Below, piece after piece: positions 36,001 to 49,380 of a DNA stretch of 64,000 nucleotides; position 1 is the stretch's first letter; each line of letters starts with the position of its first letter. The position numbers and the translations under genes are program-made. This DNA comes from Chrysomallon squamiferum (Eukaryota > Animalia > Mollusca): assembly GCA_012295275.1 (NCBI GenBank), contig CM022679.1, positions 26,784,001 to 26,848,000 on the forward strand, written 5' to 3'. The notes under the pieces are model-generated. The model did not search any database, was not told the origin of the DNA, and was given only the letters and a program-made list of their open reading frames with translations.

Positions 36001-39000
36001 AACTGTTGACATTGCTTTAAACTGCTGTTTTAGCATTGTTAACATATTTAAAACAATTGATGTTTTGTTTATATGTTTATTTTAATATGCATCACTTATA
36101 AGTAGTTTTTTTTGGTTCAGTTTTACCACAATTTGAGATCTTGTGAAATCGATTCTGGGATAAAAAAGTAAAAAAGCGAAATATATATAAACATTGTGAT
36201 CAGTAAATCATGATTGATAATTGTGGATAAAAACAGTTGTTAGTGATGTAAATAGTGTACTAAAACAAATACATGGATTTCTGGTGCAGAGTTATTAATA
36301 ATATCAACTATACTTCATAAAGAAAATAATTCTTAAAATTGTACAATGTATCAATATGAAGTCATTTTCATTTAAGATAAACTTCGATGCAGTGAAGATC
36401 TAATCCAGATCATTATAATTATTATAGCAAGTCAAAATGCAGAAGCAGCTCAACACGTGCCTCAGCAGACGTTGGATTATTCGCTGCCATCGTCAGAGGC
36501 TGATGATTCAAATTACCAATATAGCCAAAAGACAGTAGCTGTAGGTTACGATGGCCAACCTGACCACACCACAACCAAGAAGATGAGAATAACAGAAATG
36601 AAGGAATATTTTGATGAGAGTAATAAGTTAGGAGCCGGTGGAAATGGAACAGTTTATAAAGGTTCTGATATTTATTGCATATTAAAATTTCATCCACATG
36701 TAGAAAATGTATCCAGTTGCTTAAGAAGTTGCAAAATATGTTTCATGAAGTCTGCCACTTTTATCTACCATAAGTAAAATTTAAATGTTGCCTACATGTT
36801 TAATTTTCTTTCTTTTCTTATACTTTGTTATTAACCAAAAATTATTCCAAAATATATATATCAGAATAACTTGGAAATATACAAAACGAATTCAATCCTT
36901 TTATTGGTAGGATCCTGGATTCATATTAACTGAAACATTTCATTACTTGAATATACATGGTGCATAATTCACATTTTCTGTTATTTATTACAGGATGTAA
37001 GCAGTATAATGACTGTGACGTGATTGTCAACGTTTTGCATAATCATAATGGTCAAGAAAAGATGCTGGAATCTTTCAAAATGGTAAAATTACCGCACATT
37101 TTTATCTTTTTATTATTATTGTTATTATAATTTTTTATTTGTCAGTGTTATCAGAAAGCAAAACAGTTATTTCCACTATAAGAAATCTTTTTTCTTTATT
37201 TTTTATTGTTTTAGTATGATGCATACACACGTACAAAGCACATAGCAAAGTCTTTGCTGCTGCTATTGTGACGCTTGAATGCATATAGTTCAAGAGATAA
37301 CCGTAGAAGATGGATCCTGTTACCCATTACAAATCAGCTTTGCATAGCTCCCCATGTTCCATGACATTGTAACTAAATATTTGTGTTGCAGCAAGAGAAA
37401 ACCACGCTAAATGCAAATTTACAAATTTATTATTTATTTACTTTTCTGATTATAAAACTAGAAAAATAATGTCACAAAACAACTGTCGGTGAATGCCCTC
37501 ATAATGTACGTCAAAGTGTTACGTCTGCATGCAAATTTTGCCAGTTCATACAGTGTTGTTTGGGTGTATGGCTGCACAAGGTTCTTGACGTGCCTCAGAA
37601 AAATATTTGAATATGAGATATGTCTATTTTTTTCAGGAGATGATCTCATCTAGAAAAAAGCATCCTTTTTTGCTGCCATTGTTAGCTTATTGTGATGAGA
37701 AGCAAGGGATAAACAGGTAATTACAAAGGAAAAACTCGAATAAAACTGGGATCAGGCCATTCAATTGGAACTGAGAGTTATTGACTTGTATACTAGTTTA
37801 TCACTGTACTACCACTTGGCTCACAATTGAAACAGAAGCATAACAATAAAATAAAAAGGACTTTTTTATTTTTTATTTATTTTTTATTTTTATATAAAAT
37901 CGAAATGTTCACTATAATTAATGGAATATATATGGCAAATGTTCAAATCAAACACCCATTCTTACTTAGTTATGTCGAATATAGTCATTTGCCTTGTTAT
38001 CACATGGGATTGGAAATGAATACTGACTGCTGAGCCTAGAAAAAAAAGTTTGGTGTGTATGTGTGTGCATGTCTCTTTGATTGTTAACATGAGTTTGATA
38101 ATTATCTACAGAAGAGATTCCAGTCATGATTTTATTCAAGCGAAGGTTTAACAGATGGAACCCATCCACTCCCAAAAATGACACTTGGTCTGCATGAAGA
38201 AAATATTTATCTTTAATTTTAAAATATTTCTTTCATTTTTATAAAGTTTTATTTTTGATATGTAGAATAAAAAATTAAAATGCTAAATAATCCATTTTTA
38301 TTTGTTTAAACAGCTAGTACACATTCTAAAAAGACTGTTTGCCATGGTTCTTTCTATGGATTAAGGTCAAAGAAACAATTCTATGTTTTCAGGCAGTGCA
38401 TTTTAATGTATCCATATATGAAGAATAAAGATCTTGATACCCGTTTAAAAGAGGTGTGGGAAGGAAAAGCTACATTATTGTTGGAGGATCGTGTTCGCAT
38501 TATGTACCAGGTGTCTGCTGGGTTAAAGTTCTTGCACCAAAAAGATGGAAATAATGGGTACGCAATTAACATGATTAAGATAAACAAAGAAAACAACTAC
38601 ATTAATTAATATTTCTTCAATTTAGTTAAATCATCTTGCTCTGAGTGTTTGTGCAGATAGGTAGATAGATAAATAGATAGATGGGCAGGCCTATCTGTGT
38701 GTAAACAATCTGTACATGAATATTGCAGGATGGATGATTTTAGAGTTTGTATCTAAAACTACTATTTGTTCCTTGTTAGATAAAAATATACTAATTTATG
38801 TAATATGAAATATGGTTAAGTCAGAACTCATCTTGTATGTCACAAATAATCTGTCTGTTGCTTTAGCTGTTGAATTTTAACATGAATATTTCCATGACAT
38901 TTGTTTTCCCTCTCCCATAGAATAGAGATCATACACAGAGATGTGAAAGCTTCAAATATTTTGCTTGATGACATGCTGAATGCTCGACTCAGTGATCCAA

Positions 39001-39135
39001 GAATAGCAAGAGAGCTTGGTGGTCAGACACATGTGACAATCACAAGTTCGTTGGGCACTCCAGGATATGTTGATCCTGATGTTACAAGTTCAGGAGAGTT
39101 TAGACCAATAAACGATGTGTTTGGTCTTGGAGTGG
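33079..39135 (+). CDS. Gene B (3' end lost at or in the assembly gap): tandem DED + linker + IRAK/Pelle-like (pseudo)kinase
   Basis: Exons 33079-33103 (ATG), 33304-33837, 34395-34616 and/or 35251-35436 and/or 36428-36661, 36994-37082, 37637-37716, 38393-38557, 38921-39135; all GT-AG and phase-compatible. The last two exons are direct paralogs of gene A exons. Confidence 0.85.
33304..33837 (+). CDS. Gene B tandem death effector domain (DED-DED) exon
   Basis: ttttcaag|at...accg|gtaatc, 534 nt, phase 1-1; LSSIATKLESEELEKLKFIF...TAQDLFDILCKRKIISRKNMASLVKALELI (DED1) and VSEFTSQLYKFGSDMNEEDVEKLAF...WELLILL (shorter DED2), like a caspase-8/cFLIP prodomain. Confidence 0.85.
34395..34616 (+). CDS. 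Gene B linker + Gly-rich loop exon, copy 1
   Basis: tag/cag NAGNAG acceptor, donor aaag|gttccg, phase 1-1; ends YFEESNTLGAGGNGTVYKG. Confidence 0.7.
35251..35436 (+). CDS. Gene B chimeric linker exon ending in a CxxC (no Gly loop)
   Basis: ttagcag|gt...gatg|gttagt, 186 nt, open, phase 1-1; QNTAVVQRVPQGSLDYS...ITVCKSCSKCRQHLPD. Confidence 0.55.
36428..36661 (+). CDS. Gene B linker + Gly-rich loop exon, copy 2
   Basis: attatag|ca...aaag|gttctg, 234 nt, phase 1-1; ends YFDESNKLGAGGNGTVYKG. Confidence 0.8.
36994..37082 (+). CDS. Gene B kinase subdomain II exon (VAIK Lys replaced by Asn)
   Basis: ttacag|ga...atg|gtaaaa, 89 nt; CKQYNDCDVIVNVLHNHNGQEKMLESFKM. Confidence 0.8.
37637..37716 (+). CDS. 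Gene B kinase subdomain III-IV exon
   Basis: tttcag|gag...aacag|gtaatt, 80 nt; EMISSRKKHPFLLPLLAYC resembles the E....HxNLVxLLGYC consensus. Confidence 0.82.
38393..38557 (+). CDS. Gene B kinase subdomain V-VIa exon
   Basis: 165 nt, paralog of 379-543; ILMYPYMKNKDLDTRL...RVRIMYQVSAGLKFLH. Confidence 0.88.
38921..39135 (+). CDS. Gene B kinase catalytic-loop exon (DPR at the DFG position)
   Basis: 215 nt, paralog of 894-1108; HRDVKASNILLD...SDPRIAR...GTPGYVDPD. Confidence 0.9.
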
Positions 39136-39890
39136 GTGAGTAACTTGAAAAATTATTAATCAACACACACACACACACACACACAAACATTTCATCACGG
39201 AGGCATGCTTGAACACAAATTTACATACATTCAAACACATACATACACATTCCTTTACAACAGGGGCATTCCTGAATACAAATGTGTGTGTGTGTTTGTG
39301 TGTGTGTGTATATACATACATACATACATACATACATACATACATACATAAACACATACACACACACACACACCATACACACATGTATACGTACGTGGTC
39401 AAAGATATTCGTTCAAGCCTGTATGCTGTAGCATTAACATTTTATCGTGTGTTGTTTAGAAACCAACACACGCCACTGATTTATACAAAAACATTCACAC
39501 TAGTCTACTCACATTACAATGATAATGTATATATGTATGTATATATCTCGCTCAGAAATAATGTTATTTTTAATTTCTTTTGATATTTTTGTATTTTTTC
39601 ACAATCAGTATTGAGTTCTTTGACTGTTCTAATTGTTGAAGTACATAACATGTAATGGTAAATCATTGTTTTCAGTTACTGTGATCATAAAACAATTGTC
39701 GTGACTTTGTATTTATGGCTTTGATGTTATTTTAAATTGGTGAGGAAAGCTTTCATCCCTGGAAGCTAATATTTCATTACAATATAGCCAAGTCTTAAGA
39801 AACATACACAGCAACACAGACATTAATAGTCTCTTGTTACTTTTCAAGCTAACTTGAAAAGCAGATTTTAAGACAAATCAACATATCTAA

Positions 39891-39940
<50 letters not shown>

Positions 39941-40782
39941 TGTTTATCTATGCATGAATGTTTGTATGTATATCAGTTATGATGACTTGTCTTAAATTAT
40001 GTTTTTTGAATATGTTTATATGACCTATATGCAATAACTTTAATAACAATTTTCACCATTTCTGTGAGCAACATTGGTTGGATATAAAATAGGACATGGA
40101 GTACAAATTAAATGAAAATACAAAAACATAATACTTGAGAGTTTTTTTGGGTATTCTAAATTATAAAAATGTGTAGCAGTTTAGTCCTCTATAATTCAAG
40201 TCACTGAACAAATTGTATTGATTTTACTTTCCTGAATGTGTACTGACTTATTTTAGTTTGTGTTTTGTGGAACAAAAGTAGCTCTGTTTTTCAGGAGTTT
40301 TTTGTTTAGATTTTAGAGATGTATACCAGTATTTCAAGTCTCTCATTTATATTCTTGTTTTTTTTTATGTTGTTGTTGTTTTGTTCAGTGTTTTTCTTTT
40401 TCTGTTGATAGTGATACTATAACAAGAACTTATTTAACCATATTGAGTAAATGTGCTGTATTTCATCTGTTCATTATGTTTTCAAAATTTTTTTATTTTC
40501 TTTTATTTTAATTTTTTTATTTTTTTATTTTTTGAAGTTTGTTAACTGTTTTGTGGAATTGTTTATTTATTTGTCAAGTGAATTCACTGTTTTATGAAAT
40601 TATTTGTTATTTGGAGAATGTTCACTGTGTTGTGAAATTGTTAACAATTTAATGATGTATGTCCACATTTGCTATTTAAGTTACTGAGTGGAAACTTTTA
40701 AATATTGTTATGTTATTAATATCTGTGTAATAAATTACTACAATTATTTGTTCTTTTTCTGGCATGTTGAATTTTTTCACAA

Positions 40783-40982
40783 NNNNNNNNNNNNNNNNNN
40801 NNNNNNNNNNNNNNNNNNNNNNNNNNNNNNNNNNNNNNNNNNNNNNNNNNNNNNNNNNNNNNNNNNNNNNNNNNNNNNNNNNNNNNNNNNNNNNNNNNNN
40901 NNNNNNNNNNNNNNNNNNNNNNNNNNNNNNNNNNNNNNNNNNNNNNNNNNNNNNNNNNNNNNNNNNNNNNNNNNNNNNNNNN
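40783..40982. other. Assembly gap (200 N)
   Basis: Run of N. Confidence 1.
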
Positions 40983-41231
40983 ATCTTGAAAATGAAAGAC
41001 AATGAAAATCAGTTCTGAGAAGAAATAAGTGATTTATGATAATAATTACTTTAAAAAAAAAAATTCATTAATGATTTTGTTTTGTCACCACTATTCTCTA
41101 AGTTGTGAAAAAAAATAAAATTCAAATTTCATTATTACTTTTGTCTCTTGATGTCACTGTCCAGAAATTAAAAGTGTTGAACACAAGTTTTGATGAGTAT
41201 TTAATTTTGTTTCATTTTTTTTGATTTATTG

Positions 41232-41276
<45 letters not shown>

Positions 41277-42021
41277 TCTTATTAAGTATTACAATTTTTA
41301 TGTTTTTGGGGGGTTAGTACATAATGGTGAAACTTCTAATATATTTTCAGAATATTTTCTTATTGTTCCCAGCACTATCACAGTTTTCATCATTTGCGTG
41401 TACCTAAACTGATTTGTCTTAAATGTTTCCCACATAACTAATGTAAGTACAGGATTTGAAATTAACAGGCACAATTAGGTAATGAATGTTTCTTTGCACT
41501 GGAAATGCACCTGTATTAATTACTATCTTTGAGCTCATAAATAGTTCTTCTTTACGTTTACCCAAAAATTAATAAGAAGAATTTTAGCTTTAAATGCTAA
41601 ACTAGTAACAAATTACATAAAAACAAGATGATTTATTTGTCTGTTCAATTTTATTTAAATAAGACCCAATATTAAAACTACACGAAATACATTATAATCA
41701 CAACTGTCAATATTCTTTATGTCTGCTTTGAACAGCTAATGATGAAAATACTGAACAGTCACATATAATTATCTAAACGTAAATGTAATCAATAGCGGAT
41801 GTACATAAAGTTGTTTTTCTGACAAAATTTTAATAAAATTGAAACTGTCACTCATTAGTAATCCAAAATCATTTCCTGATCATAATGTGTGATTATTGTT
41901 TTTTTTAATTTATTTTAGTTTGAAAAATCATGTGTAAAGAAAGATATGCTGTGCTACTTAAAGTTGTTACATTTATAAAGTAAACATTATATATACTAAC
42001 TTTCAGAATCTCTATTTGTGA

Positions 42022-42072
<51 letters not shown>

Positions 42073-42405
42073 CAAGTTTTTGTACATTTTCCTTACAAGT
42101 AGACAAATAAAATGTTGAAATAATTTTTTTTTTATTTATATATTTTTTTCACTATGTTGGATTAGAATATGGTCTAGCTTATGATTTATTACCTATCATA
42201 TCTGAGGTAAATAATAATCTAGTACAATACAAATAAAATCCTTCTATCACCATAGAACCTCATTCTTTTTTATCATTCAAGATAAATCAAGTTACAACTG
42301 ACCTTAATCAGATATATTTTTTAAAAAACAACTTTATTTACCAAAAGTAATGGTGTACTACGATTTGTTAAGATCTATAAAGTTTAAATCCTGTTTGTAT
42401 CAGTA

Positions 42406-42440
<35 letters not shown>

Positions 42441-45153
42441 TATTATTATTAAGATATATGAATCCAATTTGTATCACTTTTTTTGTTTGTTTTTTTATCT
42501 TTAATCTGTGACCCACAGTTGTTGTTTTTTAAAACTATCTCAGTTTATATGTCAACTATCTCAACATGCCAGTGCCTGCAGTTATTAGCAGTTATATATG
42601 AATAGTTGAATATGAATCTTGAACGTTTGAAACTGTCTTGCATTCAAAATGGTATCTTGGAAATTTAACTTGAACAAATCTTGTAAACAGTCTCTGTTAT
42701 CAAGTTGACTGTCATTGGGACTGCAGAAATAAATAAAAATACTGGGTTTAAAGATATGTACAAACAATATGTGTCCTGACTGTTTTCCAAGCTAAAGACA
42801 ATGTTGGACGACGATGCGTAATCAATCCACAAATAATGATGTGCCTAGCAGCTGTAGTTAATGTTGTTTAGCTCCCTGGCATACAGCTGCTGCAATCCAT
42901 CTCTAACTCTTGCAATTCACATGAAAGAGATTGTGCGGAACACAGTGAAATCAAAATAATGTAATAATTATAAGCAAACACATGTAATACTGACCCTTAT
43001 TGGCCACTTATTTCTCATCATTTTGTGCTGTCGCAGCTAATAGAAGACAGCACACACACACAAAGACACACACACTCACACACTGAAAGTATATATATTA
43101 TGCTGACTACTGGCGAAAAATAACAGGTTATAAGTTTATAATTTTATTTTAATTAATTCATTGTGTTTATTTTAAAGTATGTTAATATTTATTTAGCTAT
43201 TTCTATTATCAGGTGGTACATTAATGCATATTTTATAACTTTGTTTTACTATTCCAAGTATTAGAATCATTTTTTTTCCTCTTTTTTCTTAATACTGCAT
43301 CTTAGATACTTTGATATTTAGGCCTGTAATTATTTTAATATAGCATTTTTTATGGTGAAATAAAGTAATTATATAAGAAAATATATTTGTCTTTATATAA
43401 AATGGTTGATGGTATTTACTATATCTTAAGTGTGTCCATACCCCACGAAGAATGACTGAATAAAAAGCAGTCGCAAATGGTTCATTGTTAGTATCATATA
43501 CTGCATCGAAACAATTATAAACAATAATTTAGATGTTTTGATTAAGTATTCGCTAAGAATCTGATGCCTCTAAAATTATCACTATCTATCAGAATCTGTC
43601 GTAAAAGGATTATTTTAAAATCAGTAATATAATTTTTATTTCTTCTCTTTTCCATTTTATTCTTTATTATTATTATTATTATTTATTTTTATTTTTTTTA
43701 TTTTTTTTTTTTGTTGTTGTTGTTGTTGTTGTTAAATACAGAGAAAAAGAAAAAATCCAGTAGACTGGTTTCTCATAGTTATTTAATTTTTATCAGTGTA
43801 ACTAGTTAATATATCTAGTAGTTGTGTCCCCTGTTAACTATCAAGATACAGTCATTTTATTGGCACGGAAGAGAAGTTTTAGTAAGTCATAGTTCCTTGT
43901 TTTAGTTAACAAATATTTATACGACCGGTTGACGGACCTATAATTTAATTTAATTTTTGCAATTTTCTGTTGTAAAACTTGTATCAAACATAATGAATGT
44001 ATCACTATCAACTATCAAGGCAATCAAACTATCAATGAATCATTCATTGATAATTTGATTCAAATACGAAATAACACGTGGTCAGTTTGCTGTTTACATG
44101 TAAATGCCACTTCTAATGCATTGAAAATGGAAATAAATATAAAAAAGAATTTAATGTATTATAATCATAATAATGGTTTCAAGTATTGTTTTACAACAAC
44201 TTGCTGAGTATTGTCCGCTATGGAGTGTAATGTGGTTTGACGCACAAGACACAAAATAAAACATGCAAAAAAAGGTTTCGACGTTTCCAGCAATTTCTAC
44301 TCAGTAACTGACATCTATGTATATGAGGCACTGAATATAATTATGTATGACATATTTCCCCAAATTACTTTAAATAATCCATGTAGAATTGATTTCATTA
44401 TGAAAGAATAGATGTTTAAAAGTTCGTAAACACTGATCGGCGTTCGACGTTGCCATCTTAGATTTCTATCGGAAGTTTCCGTGAGCGCTCGGAAACTGTC
44501 TGATTGGGTTCAACTATTTTCTGAACTGTTTATGATTTACACTGACAAAGGTAAGGATGGTTGTTCATATTACCAAACCATGATGTTCTACGCCTTTCCT
44601 AACTTCTTTTTCAACTTGATCAAACTTTTTAAACTGGATTATTTTTGTGCAAATTGCCTGCATAATAAACCAAAATTACGATTTGTTATAAGATTAATCA
44701 ATTTAATGTATTAACTTTTGTAGCTGGCAATGTTCCCTGTGTCAGAACCCAACAGAAATGAACGTTGAGGTGTAGTTTGTACCCATTAAAATGGCGAAAT
44801 TCTGGAGGACTTTTTTCCAGTGAAATAATTTGTGTCATTACACGTTATCGTTCCTGTTGGTCCATGCTACTAATTGACCCTTTTTAAGTTTTTTGATTTT
44901 CATTTTCTTGAAGGGCATTAAATTTCGAGTTGTTTTTTTTTTCGTTGGTATTTTTATATATTTTCTAAACAGTAAATATCAGGATACATAAAATTATTCA
45001 GCTTCATCTTCATTTTCATTTCTTGACACATGAATTGTGATATTGATAAACAACAGAGAATCAACAGACAAATTTAGCATTTCAAAATGATCGTAACCAC
45101 TAAACCAGGTATGAGCAGATAGTCACATTTTGCACCAATTGGCTGTTCCACTG

Positions 45154-45788
45154 GGTTAATGGCACAGGAAAAAAATGGCACCTTATTTATTTTTTCTGCA
45201 TAGTTGCTTTGATAAAAAAATACTTTTGAAAATACAGTTTATTCATGCAATATTGCTACATACATGTACATTAATATGTAGCATCACTCAGCCACTTGGT
45301 TTTGCTTAATAAAATATAGTATTATATCAGAGTTTAATATTACACATATACATATACAGGTACATATACACACACATTAATACATATGCACATACATACA
45401 TACATGCATATATATATATATATATTTACACACACACTATACACACATTCCTACATATGCATACATACATATATGTATACTTACACGCATATACAGATGC
45501 TCTAGTACGTTCGAACATACCAATACAGATGTATGTAATTTAAATACACATAGCACAGTTAAATATCCTCCAGAATGATATCATTCAGTCAATTCAAATG
45601 TGTGTGTTTGTATATATACACACAGACACATACACACATTTCTTATGCTATGTTTGAACTCGCATAATATCATTCTGGAGGATATTTTAACTATGGTCTG
45701 CATATTTACATTAGGTACATCTGTATGAATGTTTATATATGAACGTACATCTATGTACACATGCAAGCATATATATGTGTGTGCGTGC

Positions 45789-45819
<31 letters not shown>

Positions 45820-46070
45820 CATGTGTGGGATATATGTGTAATATTAAATTCTGATATAATATTGTACTTTGTTAAGCAAAACCAAGTGACTGAGTGATGC
45901 TATATATTAAAATACATGTATGTAACAACATTGCATGAATAAACTGTATTTTCCAAAGTACTTTTAAGATTTTTTTTTAAAGCAACTATACAGAAAAAAT
46001 AAATAAGGTGCCATTTTTTCTAAATGTGTACAGAGCCATTTCTTCCAGGTGCCGTTTTTTTCCTATAACC
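45154..46070. mobile_element. Foldback (long inverted repeat) element of ~0.9 kb
   Basis: Arms 45166-45600 and 45645-46020 are reverse complements (e.g. gcatcactcagccacttggttttgcttaa / ttaagcaaaaccaagtgactgagtgatgc); termini ggtta..ggaaaaaaatggcacc / ggtgccgtttttttcctataacc; empty sites at ~28880 and ~55915. Confidence 0.72.
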
Positions 46071-49000
46071 GCTCGCTGAACAATATCTCGCTTGACGATG
46101 TGCACCCTTTGCTTGCATTTCATTAGCTTATGTTATGTTATTTCTGGGATGTTCAGCATAAAAACACAAACAGGAAATCCGAAAGCATTCTTGATTTTGA
46201 ATATTTTGATTCAGTTGTATTTCTCAGTTTCTGAATCTACACTGATTTTTTTCAAGTTTTTATCTAACCATATCCTAACAGGGCCTTGATCAAGCTGTGG
46301 AAAATGTTCTCAGTGATATTTAGATATACTGTTTTTGTTTAAGTTAGAAAATTGGTCCTAACTTCCTTATTAAACCATGGGCCACAATTTAGGTTATAGC
46401 TACGTATAAATTTGCTGGTAGCTATTTTGTTACTTATTATAATATTTTATGCTGTTGTGCTATTAAGGTACAGTTTTTGAAAATGTCAGTAACATATTTA
46501 CTATTTACCTAAATAGCTTACTTTAATACAGTCTAACATCTCGTAATTAATTTGCATGTATCATTAAAGTAACTAAATATGTTACCCATTCATTTCTACA
46601 AATATTCCTAACAGTATTTATTAATTAAATATGTACTGTTAGTTAACTGGAATCCAATTACTGAAATCACATAGAAATTAACAGTCAGTAGCTAGAGACA
46701 AAGGGAATTTTTGTTAGTTACGCTCTGCTGATTACATGGAAGTCCCAACATATTTGTTTAAGTAAAAGGCAGGAGAGACCACGTGACAGACACACCCTCT
46801 GGCCTGTCGTAGACGTGCTTCACAGCCATTATTAGGCAATTTTGTTCGTAACTATATTTTGCGTTATCCTTGTTTAAGTCAGAAGCAGGGACAAATGGTG
46901 TCCAGTTTATGTATACTCTGTTTTATTTGTTGATCAATTTGATGTAACCTGTATATGCTCCATAGAGAGTTTGATTTTATATATTTCTAACGTTAGCCGT
47001 TAGGGAAAATTAAAAGAACTAAGAATTATAGTACCTCATTCAACATAACTCCCACTGAATAATAAGTATACATACGTAAAATAAATAATTATCTTTGAAA
47101 TAGAAATATTGTTCTTTGTTTTGTGTTCGTAGTGGATACTTGATATTATATACAGTTTATACCTGTAGTATATGCAAAATATGTATCTGTTATAATCAAC
47201 CATCACAGTTTCTTAATTACACGGCCAGTGTGTCCATCAAAAGGTGCAGTCCCTAGACAAAAAAATGAACCATAATTTAACGGGGTCATTAGCCCTTGAA
47301 AGCTAACACTCATTAACAATATCGAAATGAAGCTTTTTACGAGTTCTAAATCTGTACTGTATTTTTAAGCAAGTTATTAGCTGAAATTTACTGTACACCA
47401 GTGTGTGTCAATGCCATTCAGAGAAAGTCAGAAAGAGGCGTTGATGTCGTGTGACCTAAATTGATTTTGTTATTATTGATCCTCTGAAGTGCGGGCTGTG
47501 CATATGCAGTCTTTCGCTACCATACATTCATCACTCACACCCATAAAATTAGTTGAAATGTAGCATAATAGTACTTAATAAGCAGATTTATTTTAAACAT
47601 ATTATTTTGAACATATTTTTTTTGAAGGATATGCCCAAAACTTTTCCAGTGATTGATGACCTTGCTGAGATTTTCAGAAATATTTTTTCAGAAATATTTT
47701 TTGATAAACTTCCCCTTGGTCAATATTAAAAATCGAAACTGAGGTTGTAGCAAGATATGTATACATCATCAAACTAAATTTGTTTAGAAAGATTTTTCTA
47801 ATGGACCAAGAGATCAGACTTTGCTGATTCTATGCAAGAATCGCACAGAAATCTCACGAGAGTGAAATAGGTTATTTGCACATATCTTTAAGTCAGCCAG
47901 TAGAGGTATTTCGCAAACCTATTGCGCATGCGCACAAAGAGTAATGTTCCTTGACAAAATAGACTGAAAGTAGTCTACTTACAAATTGAGTGGTATGACA
48001 GATATGTTGTTATGGGCAATTTGAGTAGCTTTGTAGGAGACTTTAAACTTTGGCAACTAACATGTACATATTTTGAATTAGATGGCATAATGGCCGTAAA
48101 AAACAGTCCACTGAAATTTACAGCAGAATGGTTCAAATTAAAAAGCAATATAACAACTTGGACAAAGTCTCTACGACTCGTACACCCGATCATTTTGTTA
48201 ATGCCAGATTAACAGACTAGTTTGTAAAAAGTACAAATACATATAATTTGTTTACTGGAAACAAGCTTGCACAAATATTGTCAAAATCAGGGCATATGTG
48301 AGCATCTCAGTATATGTGTGTGTGTGTGTCTGAACGCGCACGCACACACACACACACATTCATACACACACACGGTCTGTGTTCTGTATGTATGTATACA
48401 TAATATATAGAAATGCTGTTATCCAACCTGTCATCTGCACCTACAAAAATGCTTGTGCACACACACACACACACACAGAGAGACACACACACACACATCA
48501 TAACTGAAAAAACACCTCTCAAAACCACTCAGTTCCAGATCAAGGTGTTGCGGGTGCCCATTCTCCACAGATGCACTAAACATTGGCAATGACTTGTTTG
48601 TTCAGCAAGTCTTTGTAATTATACCATTTACAGAGTATTTACACCTTTGTTGCAGATACATGTGTAGCTGAACACTGATAATATGGCCACATACAATGTT
48701 TAACAAACTCAACATAGAGTAACATGGTTAATTAAATCTTTTGTTTATGAAGAACATGTGAGCAACTTATTTCCTTATAGGTTAAAACCAGTTACCTGTC
48801 TAATTACAGTTATTGTTAGGTGTAATTAGTACAAATATGCACCAGTGCAATAAGTTTACATATTTTATGCTTAAAATAAACTCTATAAATAAACCATTTA
48901 TTTAGGAGTAACATATAACTGCTATATTGAAGATTGTGTGATTATACGAGTAAAGGTACAATTACAAACACCTACACACTTGTACAACCCCTACTAAGTA

Positions 49001-49099
49001 CTTGTGACTCCAAACAAAAAACACCTGAGGTAGACTGAATAATTATGAAAATAATTGAAGCTACTGTTCTCTGTAGTTATCTGAACTATGTCATTAATT

Positions 49100-49380
49100 T
49101 CATTTGTTTTTTGTTCTAGGTGTTGTGACAATTTCCCATCTCATATTGAGGGTGGATATATAGTCCACATGTTTCTTGTTCACTGGCTTCCCACCTAAAA
49201 AATGTGCCGAACAAACCCTCATGTTTGCAGCAATATTAAAATCTTTTTCACTTCTATGTGAAGCGATTACCCACAAATGTTTCCAATATGCACTGGCTGG
49301 GTATAGATGGAAGGATACTGAATTCCCCAACTTCTGCGATAAGAACAGTTAATAACTGAACAACAGTCATGGTGTCCCAT
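49100..49380 (-). pseudogene. Second copy of the frameshifted THAP relic
   Basis: Same frameshift; retains RVCSAHFLGGKPVNKKHVDYISTL. Confidence 0.78.

Noticed and set aside
40676-41018. ORFs containing X runs
   Set aside because: Artefacts of the N gap.
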